From contig CBDAOY010000008.1 in the NCBI GenBank assembly GCA_965198225.1, forward strand, positions 1,216,001-1,280,000: a stretch of 64,000 nucleotides of DNA, given 5' to 3'. Positions 32,481 to 42,243 of this stretch are shown in pieces. The DNA comes from Terriglobia bacterium. GTDB lineage: Bacteria > Acidobacteriota > Terriglobia > 20CM-2-55-15. Both the position numbers and the translations under genes were made by a program. The stretch's first letter is position 1; each line of letters begins with the position of its first letter. The notes beneath the pieces are model-generated. The model had not been told where the DNA came from, ran no database searches, and worked only from the letters and a program-made list of their open reading frames with translations.

Positions 32481-32765
32481 ATGCCCAAGAAAGCCGGCAA
32501 GAAGCCCGGAGAACAAAGCTACAGGGTTATCCGCGTCCAGACGGGCGTCCGCATGGAAAAACGCCTGGTGAAGGTTCTCAAGGGTCTCGCCGAATACCTG
32601 GACATGACCATGGGGGACCTGCTGGAGGGCATCGTGCTTCATGCGTTTGATGGAAAACAACCCTTCAAGAAAGAAACCCTCGAGAAGGTCGCCGACCTGA
32701 AGCGGATCTACGGATTGGACCTGGACTCCAGTGCGAGTCACCGTATGAAGGAGGCCGAGCGATGA
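32481..32765 (+). CDS. Small basic protein, possible ribbon-helix-helix DNA binder
   Basis: RBS AAGGAGG; 'RVQTGVRMEKRLVKVLKGLAEYLDMTMGDLLE' strand-helix-helix pattern. Confidence 0.7.
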   Translation: MPKKAGKKPGEQSYRVIRVQTGVRMEKRLVKVLKGLAEYLDMTMGDLLEGIVLHAFDGKQPFKKETLEKVADLKRIYGLDLDSSASHRMKEAER

Positions 32766-33187
32766 ATGCCCTCGCCGCCTACGAGCCGACCGCGGAAGAA
32801 GCGACTTTTGTCGGTCGTTTCGAGGATTGCTCCCTGCCCAACGCGGTTTTTCGTCACGTCGATCACGTGAGACTGACCTGGTTGTACCTGCGGATGTATC
32901 CGATCCTGGAAGCGCTGGACCGCGTCGTCGTCGGCCTGAAGCAATTCGCGACTTCCACTGGTCACTCCAACCTCTACCACGAGACGATCACGTGGGCGTT
33001 CGTCATCATCGTCAACGAGCGCATCGAACGGTTTGGGAGGGATCACACGTGGCTGGAGTTCGAGGAACGCAACGCCGACTTGATCCGGGACGGCCGAGCG
33101 GTGCTTGGTGGGTTTTACTCTGCTGAAGTGATCGGGTCCGACCTTGCAAGACGCGTGTTCCTCATGCCCGATCACGCGTCCAATTGA
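32762..33187 (+). CDS. Hypothetical protein
   Basis: ATGA overlap with upstream gene; 'FRHVDHVRL', 'YHETIT' His motifs. Confidence 0.75.
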   Translation: MNALAAYEPTAEEATFVGRFEDCSLPNAVFRHVDHVRLTWLYLRMYPILEALDRVVVGLKQFATSTGHSNLYHETITWAFVIIVNERIERFGRDHTWLEFEERNADLIRDGRAVLGGFYSAEVIGSDLARRVFLMPDHASN

Positions 33188-33271
33188 TCAATCTCGCGAC
33201 GGGTCGTCCGGATCGTGAACTCTGGGCGAAAAGTTGACTTTCTGGATCACCTGCGCCCTTATACTGCCCGC

Positions 33272-34054
33272 ATGAGACTTCAAGGAAAGGTCGCGCTTAT
33301 TACGGGAGCCTCCCGCGGAATCGGACGGGCCACCGCTACTCTCTTCGGGCGGGAGGGTGCTTCCGTCATCGTCAACTATGCCACCCGGGCAGACGCCGCG
33401 GAGGAGGTCGTCCAGACGATTCAGGACGGCGGTGCCGAGGCCGTCGCCGTCAAGGCCGATGTGTCGGATCGGACCGATGTCGAGACCATGGTCGGCGAAT
33501 CGATCGACCGGTTCGGCAGCATCGACATCCTCGTCAACAACGCGGGCATCCTGCTGCACGGCAATGTGATGACGATGAACGAAGAAGAACTCGACCGCAT
33601 GATCGCCGTAAACGTCAAAGGCATCGTCAACTGTGTCCAGGTCGTCGCGCCGAAGATGGCGGATCAAGGTCACGGAAAGATCGTCAACATCAGTTCCCTG
33701 GCGGCTCTCGGTACGGCCGTCGGTGGGACTACTCCCTACGCGCTGACGAAAGCGGCAGTGATATCTCTGACGAAGCGAATGGCCTTCGAGCTGGGGCCGA
33801 AGGGCATCAATGTCAACGCGATCTGTCCGGGCTTCATCCAGACCGACATGCTGGCTTCGATCAGCGGCTCGGCTGAAGGCCTCGCCGACGCGCTGGCGAA
33901 ACCCGCCGCCAAGGCCGCACTGGGCCGTGTGGGGCAACCGGAAGACATCGCCGGCAGCGCGCTGTTTCTCTCCAGCGAAGAATCCAGCTTTATCACCGGG
34001 CAGGTCCTGACCGTCGACGGCGGACGCATGGATTTCCTGACGCATTCGGCGTGA
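33272..34054 (+). CDS. Short-chain dehydrogenase/reductase (FabG-like)
   Basis: 'TGASRGIG', 'NNAG', 'YALTK', 'VDGG'. Confidence 0.95.
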   Translation: MRLQGKVALITGASRGIGRATATLFGREGASVIVNYATRADAAEEVVQTIQDGGAEAVAVKADVSDRTDVETMVGESIDRFGSIDILVNNAGILLHGNVMTMNEEELDRMIAVNVKGIVNCVQVVAPKMADQGHGKIVNISSLAALGTAVGGTTPYALTKAAVISLTKRMAFELGPKGINVNAICPGFIQTDMLASISGSAEGLADALAKPAAKAALGRVGQPEDIAGSALFLSSEESSFITGQVLTVDGGRMDFLTHSA

Positions 34055-34073
34055 GGGCAAGTGTAGGTGCGGT

Positions 34074-34861
34074 CTATGACCGCACATTCGCATCCTGATG
34101 TCGGAGAGACACGATGTAGCTGTCGTCGCTCGGATCGTAGATGACAGCATTGGCGTGAGCCCAGTTTCGCGTTCCGTTGTCTGCCTCCGGGTATGCGAAA
34201 TTCCAACCCTCATCTAACGATCCGTATCCAAGACGGTATGGGTTGAGAATATCGATCAGCGAGTACCTCCTCGCTTCAGTCCCGTCCCTCGTGAACTCTA
34301 AAACGACATCTCCGATAACGTTAGCCGTTTCCCTTTCAGCTTGGGGATCAGTCTCGCTGGTCGGGTAGTTCTCGAGACGTCTCAATTCAGTACCCAGAGT
34401 GACGAAATTACCTGAAGGCATCTGAGAGAGTTCGTGATGAGGGTTCTCGATGTCTAGAGCCACACTCCCGGGCGCAGCATCACTTCTGTTCTTCGAATGC
34501 CACCTACGAACAACATTTCCGAGAAATTAGTTCTGAAGGCCAAGGGCTCCGACCAGGCGGCACGGTTTCCGTTACCGTCGACGACGCTCACTTCGACTGT
34601 GTAGTCCGCTCCCGGCGCCAGGCCAAGCAGGGAAAGCGAGTGGTTGCTGTCCATCTCGGCGAACTCGACGACCCGTTCCGCGCCGCCGGTCCGGATGTCA
34701 AGGATGATGGTGGACGGTTCGTCGGTAACAACTTCGACCAGGGCAGCCAGAGGTGTGGTCAGGTTGGGGTTCAGGCTGACGGTGGGAGAATCCACGAATT
34801 GAGGAGGCGAGGAATCCAGAACGCCGCAGCCCGCCGTTCCAGCAGGCATCAGGTTCCCCAT
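34074..34861 (-). pseudogene. Aryl-sulfate sulfotransferase remnant
   Basis: N-terminal 'NPNLTTPLAA'; catalytic-region 'HHELSQMPSGN' and 'WAHANAVIYDPSDDSYIVSLRHQ'; split into two frames, internally deleted and C-terminally truncated. Confidence 0.75.
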
Positions 34862-35056
34862 GGCGGTTGGTAAAATGTGTCATGGCACATATCACCGGTG
34901 AAGACCGTTCCCAGCTTCTGCTTCTGCCCGATACTGTGGACGACTATGCCAGAAGAACGGCGATCACGAAATAGTGGACGTGGTGATTCACGTGCCTCCG
35001 GAGGCCGTACACGGACGCTTGGGTCACGCGATCGCCGGCGGACCAGCAGCCCGTGA

Positions 35057-36506
35057 CTAAGCCTCTTTCACCTCGGCGATCAGCTTGTTGAGCGACGCCT
35101 TCGCGTCGCCGAAGAGCATGGCGGTCCTGGGATGGTAGAACAGCTCGTTGTCGATGCCGGCGAAGCCGGGATTCATGCTCCGCTTCATCACGATGACCTG
35201 CTGGGCGTTGTCCACGTCCAGAATCGGCATGCCGTAGATCGGGCTCGCCGGGTTGCTGCGCGCTGCAGGATTGACCACGTCGTTAGCGCCGATCACCACC
35301 GCGACGTCTGTTCGGTCGAACTCGGGATTGATCCGCTCCATTTCCCAGAGCTGATCGTAGGACACGTCCGCCTCTGCCAGGAGGACGTTCATGTGTCCCG
35401 GCATTCGGCCCGCCACGGGGTGGATCGCGTACTTGACGACGACATCACGCGCAACAATCCGCCTCGCGGTCCAGCAGCGAGGCCAACTCGCGGACCGCGT
35501 GCTGCGCCTGCGATACCGCCAGACCGTAGCCCGGCACGACGACAACCTGCTTCGCGTAGGCGAGCATCACGGCTGCGTCTTCGGCCGACACCTGACGCAC
35601 GGTCCCGCCCGTCGCGACCGCGGCCGCGCCGGGCGCTTCGGGCGCACCGGCACCGAACGCACCAAACAACACGTTGGCGAGCGACCGGTTCATTCCCTTA
35701 CACATGATCATCGTCAAGATGATTCCCGATGCCCCGACCAGGGCTCCGCTGATGATCAACCCGTTGTTGTCGATCACAAAACCCGTCGATGCCGCCGCGA
35801 TCCCGGAATAGGAGTTGAGCAGCGAAATCACAACGGGCATGTCGGCTCCGCCGATGGGGATGACGGTCAACACGCCGAGCACGAGCGACAAACCGACCAG
35901 TATCAACATGGGCCGTGCGACCGAATCGCCGAAGACACCGGCAAACTGTGCCGCGATGTCGCTTCCGGGCTGCGCGACGACCAAGTAGGTGGCGACCGCC
36001 AGGATCGCGAGCGCGAGAAGCGCGTTCAAAGGCTTCTGCAGGGGGTAGGTCACCGCCTGCCCCGTCACGAGTTCCTGTAGCTTGCCGAAAGCAATCAGAC
36101 TGCCTGAAAACGTCACGGCCCCCACCAGGACGCTGAACTGAACGCTGACCGCCACGTCGACCTCGGCTCCTCCTTGCGCACTCAAACGGAGGTATTCGGC
36201 GCTGGCGACGAGGACCGAAGCCCCACCCCCGAACCCGTTGAGCAGGGCGACCATCTGCGGCATCGCCGTCATCTGGATGGTGCGGGCGAGGATCGCCCCG
36301 GCGGATCCGCCGATGATGATGCCGATCAGGATGCCGGAGAACCCGACGATCCGCTGCTCGAGCAGGGTCACCAGGATCGCGATGAGCATCCCGAACGATG
36401 CGAGAGCGTTTCCCTTTCGGGCGGTCGCCGGCGATGACAACCACTTCAAGCCGAAGATGAAGAAAACAGCCGCCAGCAGGTAGGCAAGTTCCGACAACGC
36501 GTTCAT
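35057..36506 (-). CDS. pntB: NAD(P) transhydrogenase beta subunit, frameshifted near 35455
   Basis: '[13 protein letters not shown]', '[18 protein letters not shown]', '[18 protein letters not shown]' spread over two frames. Confidence 0.93.
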
Positions 36507-36799
36507 TTACGGTCCCTGCCCTTGTCCTTCTTGAACATCTGCAGCATGCGGTCGGTCACCATGAAGCCCCCGACGATGTTCGTCGTCGCGAACGCGACAG
36601 CAACGATGCCCAGTATGGCTCCGGCCTGGCTGTAGCCTTCTCCGGCGACGATCATCGCGCCGATGACCGTGATTCCGGAGATGGCGTTGGACCCGGACAT
36701 CAGCGGCGTATGCAGCGTGGGAGGCACTTTCGTGATGACCTCGAAACCCACGAACATCGCGAGCACAAGAATGACGATCTCTCCGATCAAGCTTTCCAT
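36503..36799 (-). CDS. pntAB: NAD(P) transhydrogenase alpha subunit part 2
   Basis: 'VPPTLHTPLMSGSNAISG', 'GGFMVTDRMLQMF'. Confidence 0.95.
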   Translation of the reverse strand: MESLIGEIVILVLAMFVGFEVITKVPPTLHTPLMSGSNAISGITVIGAMIVAGEGYSQAGAILGIVAVAFATTNIVGGFMVTDRMLQMFKKDKGRDRK

Positions 36800-37905
36800 C
36801 AGATCCTCAGCTCCCCCTCATGCGTGATTGTGCTCGGACCGACCACATCGTTTTCCAGATCGACCTTCAACTGACCCTCATGGATCATCTCTTCCAGCAG
36901 CGTGACCACGTTTCTGGAGTACATCTGGCTCGCGTTCACTGCGACGGTCGCCGGAAGGTTCAATTCGCCGATGATCGTCACCCCGTGTTTCACGACTTCC
37001 CGTCCCGGTTCTGTCAGTTCGCAGTTCCCCCCGGTTTCGGCTGCGAGATCCACGATCACCGATCCGGGTCTCATGTCGCGAACCATTTCCTCGGTGATCA
37101 AGCGAGGTGCCGGTTTGTCCGGAATCAGCGCGGTCGTAATGACGATGTCGACACTCTGCAGGGTCTTGTGCAGCAACTCCTGCTCCCGCCGGTGCGATTC
37201 TTCCGACAACTCCTTCGCGTATCCGCCGGCGGTCTCTGTCTCCTCCTCGACGAGTTCGACTTCGAGGAACTTGGCCCCGAGACTTTCAACCTGTTCTTTG
37301 ACTACCGGACGGACATCGAAAGCGGTCACGACAGCGCCAAGACGCCGGGCGGTCGCGATGGCCTGCAAGCCGGCCACACCGGCGCCCAGCACGAAAACGC
37401 TCGAAGGTCGAATCGTGCCCGCCGCCGTCACCAGCATGGGGAGGATCTTTCCGAGAGCCGTCGCGCCAACCAGCACCGCCTTGTAGCCCGCGATGTTCGA
37501 TTGAGAGGAAAGAGCATCCATCGTCTGGGCACGTGAAATCCGCGGGACGCGGTTCATGCTCACCGCGGTAACTCCTCGCGCGGCCAGCGCGTCGAGGATC
37601 GCACGGTCACGAACGGGCTGCAGGAAGCTCACCACGACGGCCCCTTCCTTCAGCAGCCCGACATCGGCCAACCGGGGAGGCTGAACGCTCAACACGACGT
37701 CGGTTGCGCCCAGAACTTCACCCGCGCTCCCCAAGACGGCCGCGCCGGCATCCCTGTAAAAGTCGTCTGTAAAGGAGGCACCCTCTCCCGCACCGGCCTC
37801 GACAACGACTTCGACGCCCCGATCGACCAGTTTCCTGACCACGTCGGGCACCAGAGCCACACGGAACTCGTGCTCAAGGGTCTCTTTCGGGACGCCTACC
37901 TTCAT
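36799..37905 (-). CDS. pntAA: NAD(P) transhydrogenase alpha subunit part 1
   Basis: 'RISRAQTMDALSSQ', 'GAGVAGLQAIATA', 'GGYAKE', 'GGNCELT'. Confidence 0.95.
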   Translation of the reverse strand: MKVGVPKETLEHEFRVALVPDVVRKLVDRGVEVVVEAGAGEGASFTDDFYRDAGAAVLGSAGEVLGATDVVLSVQPPRLADVGLLKEGAVVVSFLQPVRDRAILDALAARGVTAVSMNRVPRISRAQTMDALSSQSNIAGYKAVLVGATALGKILPMLVTAAGTIRPSSVFVLGAGVAGLQAIATARRLGAVVTAFDVRPVVKEQVESLGAKFLEVELVEEETETAGGYAKELSEESHRREQELLHKTLQSVDIVITTALIPDKPAPRLITEEMVRDMRPGSVIVDLAAETGGNCELTEPGREVVKHGVTIIGELNLPATVAVNASQMYSRNVVTLLEEMIHEGQLKVDLENDVVGPSTITHEGELRI

Positions 37906-38124
37906 TCAGTTTCCTCCGGGAGTTCCCTGACGTGACACCAGCCACCGAACACCGACAGTCGGCGCGCGGTCCGATGGCAAAACAGACGATTTTAAACGGT
38001 AGTGGGTGAGGCGCGCAAGGACCCCCGCCATTGGAGATTTCTTCATTCGAGTTTGGGAATTGGAGATTGCGGAATCACATCCCCAATCCTAAGTTTCCAA
38101 TCTGCAATCTCGAATTTCCAATAG

Positions 38125-39033
38125 CTAGGGGCCCGGCCGATTGACATAGGTCCCGTAACGTGTCGCCCGGCCGATGCGATTGAAGTAGTCGTAGGCGATG
38201 CGGGAGATCTCCGCCATCAGTTCGGACGCTTCGTTGCCCAGACCAAAATTCTCCATCACGACCACGATGTAGGGGCGTTCCGGCAGTTCTACGATCGCCC
38301 ACTCCGTTGAAACCCCGGCGATTCCGCCCGGCTTGAACGCGACAGGAACAGTCGCGGGAAGAACCGCATTGATCCCTCCACGCTTGCGCTTGCGAAGAAT
38401 CGAGAGGATGTCGTCGGAGGGTTCCCGGCCGAGAAACTCTCCCTGGTATAGCATCTCCATGATCCTTGCGGCTTCGGCGGGGGTGGACGTGTTCTCATCC
38501 CCTCGCGCCGACGCAGTCTGGTTGATCATCCGTCGACGCAGACGCGTGCGTTCAAACCCGAGCGACTGCAATGTCCGGTTGACGTTTTCCATCCCGACCA
38601 GATCGACCAGGATGTTCGTCGCGGTGTTGTCGCTGACGAGCACCATCAGAACGCAGAGGTCGCGGATCGACAGCTCGGACGTGCCGTCGCCGAGCTCTTT
38701 CAGGACACCGCTTCCCCCCACTTGCTGTGCCCGGCCGACTTCGAGCTTGTCTGTGAGTTCGAATCGACCTTCGCCGGCCTGCTTGTAAACCTCCATCAGG
38801 ATCGGGATCTTGATCGCGCTGCCCTGCGGAAAGACAAAATCGTCGCGGAAACCGAATCGCTCTCCGCTGGTCAAATCGAACACGACGACGCCTCCGACTC
38901 CCCGAGTGCTGTCGGCAACCTCGACGATCCGATCACGCGTCTTCCGGCTGATGACTTCCCAGTTCTCTTCTTGAGCCCATAGCGACGGCACTGTGAGCGT
39001 TACAAGGACAAACAGCAAGCCTGTCTCTCTCAT
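38125..39033 (-). CDS. Exported class A beta-lactamase-like serine hydrolase
   Basis: SxxK 'SAIK', 'SDN', 'KPG'; signal peptide. Beta-lactamase activity is not implied. Confidence 0.88.
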   Translation of the reverse strand: MRETGLLFVLVTLTVPSLWAQEENWEVISRKTRDRIVEVADSTRGVGGVVVFDLTSGERFGFRDDFVFPQGSAIKIPILMEVYKQAGEGRFELTDKLEVGRAQQVGGSGVLKELGDGTSELSIRDLCVLMVLVSDNTATNILVDLVGMENVNRTLQSLGFERTRLRRRMINQTASARGDENTSTPAEAARIMEMLYQGEFLGREPSDDILSILRKRKRGGINAVLPATVPVAFKPGGIAGVSTEWAIVELPERPYIVVVMENFGLGNEASELMAEISRIAYDYFNRIGRATRYGTYVNRPGP

Positions 39034-39343
39034 TGTTTCCTCCGACTCTCCGGGTTGCGCCCATTCCAAGCCAGCCGAGCCCACAAGTCAATCGCTTTCG
39101 TCCTGCACGAGTAACCCCCTCTGGAACAGCGTCTTGACTCTGCAGGTTGTTTCGACGCGGAGCCCCGCGGATTTTACGGAGTCAGGCCGTCCACCCCCGT
39201 TTCGCGCATTCTTCAACTGACTACTGACAACCGACAACTGACTACTTCCCCTTTACATCATTAACAATCATTTATAACCACCTTAACAACGGCTAGGAGT
39301 CTGCGCGGCAGAAGGACCGGAATTGGGCGGATAAAGATCGAAG

Positions 39344-40648
39344 CACTAGTGTCCGGAACACGGTGCAACAGCCGCCGGCAACTTATAGATGGACAGTGAG
39401 TTGAAGGGCATTCTACGATTTTTCGATTTGAACCTGCCGATCACACTTTTAGCAATATTACGGTAGCGGTGAGAGGGGTGATACCAATGGCGCATGAACT
39501 CAGGCCAAACCGTCTTCTCACAAGTCATGGATTACGCGCCCCGATACGAGTTTCAGAAGTGTGTCGCCCGCTATCGGGGCGATTACCAGCAGAAAGGGTT
39601 TTCCTGCTGGGATCAGTTCCTGGCGATGGCATTCGCCCAATTGACCTATCGTGAAAGCCTCCGCGACATCGAAGCCTGCTTACGCGCCCTCGGCAGAAAG
39701 CGTTACCACATGGGATTCCGAAGCAAGGTGGCGCGGACGACACTGGCCGACGCCAACGAGCGGCGCGACTGGCGGATCTATGCGGATTTCGCACAGGTCC
39801 TGATCGGCATGGCGCGGCCGTTATATGCCGAAGACCCCATCGGCGTCGAGTTGGATCAAGGTCTGTATGCCCTGGACTCGACCACCATTGACCTGTGTCT
39901 TTCACTATTCCCATGGGCCCGGTTTCGCCGGCACAAAGCCGCGGTCAAGATGCATACACTGCTGGATCTTCACGGCAACATTCCCGCGTTTATCCACGTC
40001 ACAGACGGGAAAGTCCATGACGTCAACGTTCTCGATGAGATCGCACCCGAAGCGGGTGCCTTCTACGTCATGGACCGCGCCTATATCGATTTTGAACGGC
40101 TCTTTCTCTTCTCCCTCTGTTCCGCTTTCTTTGTGGTGCGTGCTAAGAAGAACGTCGTCCTGCGGCGGCGGTACTCCCGTCGGGTGGACACGACCACGGG
40201 ATTGCGATCCGACCAGACGGTCATCCTCACAACGAACAAATCCGCCAAAACCTCCCGATCCGTTGCGGCGTATGCTACTTCGATGCCGGGACGAACAAGC
40301 GGTTGAAGTTCCTGACCAACAACTTCGCGTTGCCTGCACTCACCATCACTCAGATCTACAAGTCGCGATGGCAGGTGGAACTTTTCTTTAAATGGATCAA
40401 ACAACACCTTCGAATCAAGTCCTTCTACGGCACCAGCGAGAATGCGGTGAAGACCCAGATCTGGATCGCCATTTCGGTTTATGTTCTCGTCGCCATCATC
40501 CGGAAGCGCCTCGGCATCGATAGGAGACAGATTCTCAGCATTGCGATTCTTGAGAAACAGCCCAAGGCCTTTCACGCGCCTGATTCCCAATTCAATGAAT
40601 CTCCAAGATCCTAACCAGCTAGGATTCGACGGCTAACCGGACATAGTG
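39344..40648 (+). mobile_element. IS4-family element nested in the IS1182 leader
   Basis: IR cactagtgtccgg / ccggaca-tagtg; 9-bp direct repeat AGATCGAAG at 39335-39343 and 40649-40657. Confidence 0.9.
39494..40614 (+). pseudogene. IS4-family transposase (DUF4372 type) with frameshifts
   Basis: 'RESLRDIE', 'LDSTTIDL', 'MDRAYID', 'YKSRWQVELFFKWIKQHL'; small deletions at about 40250-40275. Confidence 0.88.
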
Positions 40649-40664
40649 AGATCGAAGATATGTC

Positions 40665-41990
40665 ATGGCACGAACCTATCGGACTTATAGCCCAGAACAA
40701 ACACTGCTGATGCCACCGTCGTTGAGAGATTGGTTGGCCGAAGATCACCTGTCGTACTTCATATCGGACGCGGTGGACGCGATGGATTTGAGCGCGTTCG
40801 AACAGCGGTATGGAACCGAGGGTCCGGGCAATCAGGCGTTTGATCCGCGGATGATGGTGAAGGTGCTGATTTATGGGTACGCGACCGGAGTGTTCTCGTC
40901 CAGGAAGATCGCGGCGAAGTTGACCGACGACGTAGCGTTCCGGATGTTGGGAGCGGAGAACTTTCCGGCGCACCGAACGATCTCGGATTTTCGCAAACTG
41001 CATCTTGAGGAGTTCGGAAACCTGTTTGTGCAAGTGGTGATGATGGCGCGGGAAGCGGGACTGGTGAAGATGGGAACCGTGGCGGTGGACGGGACCAAGA
41101 TGCGGGCGAATGCAAGCAAACGCAAAGCGATGAGCTACGAACGCATGAAAAAGCAGGAGACCGAATTGGGTGAACAGATTCGGGATCTGTTGAACCGGGC
41201 CGAGGCGACCGATGAGGACGAAGACGAGCGATACGGCAAGGACCGGCGCGGAGACGAACTGCCCGACGGGTTGGCCACGCGCAAGAAGCGCCTGGCCACG
41301 ATACAGGCGGCCATGAAGCGGCTCGAAGAACGTCAGATGGCCGCGGACAAGGAAGCGGGACGGAACACCAAAGATCACAAACCCGGATGCGGAAAGAAGC
41401 CATTCAAACGTCCCATGGGGGAACCTAAACCCACGGCCCAGGACAACTTCACCGACCCGGAAAGCCGGATGATGAAGACCTCCACCGAAGGGTTCCAGCA
41501 ATGCTACAACGCGCAAGCGGTGGTGGATTCCCAGGCCCGGATCATCGTGGCAACAACGGTGACTGACAATGCATCGGATGTGGGGCAGTTGGAACCCACG
41601 CTGGATGCGTTGAGCGACAATCTGGGGGAGCGTCCCGACCGCGTGCTGGCCGATGCGGGATATCGATCCGAGTCAAATCTGGGGATGTTGGAACAACGTC
41701 AGATTGACGGGTATGTTGCGATGGGTCGCGAGAAGGATCTCGCCCGTGCCCCACTCCCACCCAAAGACACCGCTGTTGGTCGGATGATGAGAAAGATGAA
41801 AACCAAGCGTGGGCGTGACCGCTACCGGGCCCGAAAGCACATTGGTGAGCCGCCCTTCGGGTGGATCAAGTCGGTGCTCGGATTCCGACAGTTCAGTCTA
41901 CGCGGTTTGGACAAAGTGACCGGGGAGTGGAATCTGGTCACTCTGGCGGTGAACTTACGACGGATGAACGGGAAGATCGAATGGGCATAA
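40665..41990 (+). CDS. IS1182-family transposase
   Basis: 'GVFSSRKI', 'PAHRTISDFR', 'VDGTKMRANAS', 'TDPESRMM', 'LADAGY', 'EPPFGWIK..GFRQFSLRG'. Confidence 0.95.
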   Translation: MARTYRTYSPEQTLLMPPSLRDWLAEDHLSYFISDAVDAMDLSAFEQRYGTEGPGNQAFDPRMMVKVLIYGYATGVFSSRKIAAKLTDDVAFRMLGAENFPAHRTISDFRKLHLEEFGNLFVQVVMMAREAGLVKMGTVAVDGTKMRANASKRKAMSYERMKKQETELGEQIRDLLNRAEATDEDEDERYGKDRRGDELPDGLATRKKRLATIQAAMKRLEERQMAADKEAGRNTKDHKPGCGKKPFKRPMGEPKPTAQDNFTDPESRMMKTSTEGFQQCYNAQAVVDSQARIIVATTVTDNASDVGQLEPTLDALSDNLGERPDRVLADAGYRSESNLGMLEQRQIDGYVAMGREKDLARAPLPPKDTAVGRMMRKMKTKRGRDRYRARKHIGEPPFGWIKSVLGFRQFSLRGLDKVTGEWNLVTLAVNLRRMNGKIEWA

Positions 41991-42243
41991 TCCGGAAAAC
42001 CGCAACCCGGCAGACCCGATACACGGCCAATTACGGGTGTCCGTACAACTCTGAACTCGTCGTATCGGAAGAATCGGTCGATTCTCCTCCGAAGACCCTC
42101 TCAAATCCCAATCAGTCCGAGTTCTTTGCGCTCTGCCGCGCAGACTCCTAGGCGATTGATTCGTCTATGCTTTACGATGTGTGGGACATTTCGCCACACA
42201 CGGCACGGCATCGCCTGTCGGCGCAACCCAACCGAGGTGAGTA

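Larger units (their letters stand above)
39297..42147 (+). mobile_element. IS1182-family element carrying a nested IS4
   Basis: Perfect 16-bp IR gagtctgcgcggcaga / tctgccgcgcagactc flanked by CTAG at 39293-39296 and 42148-42151. Confidence 0.9.

Noticed and set aside
38125-39033. Antibiotic-resistance beta-lactamase mobilised by the adjacent IS
   Set aside because: Divergent motifs (KPG, no clear Glu166-type omega loop); it lies outside the IS ends and no second flanking IS is present
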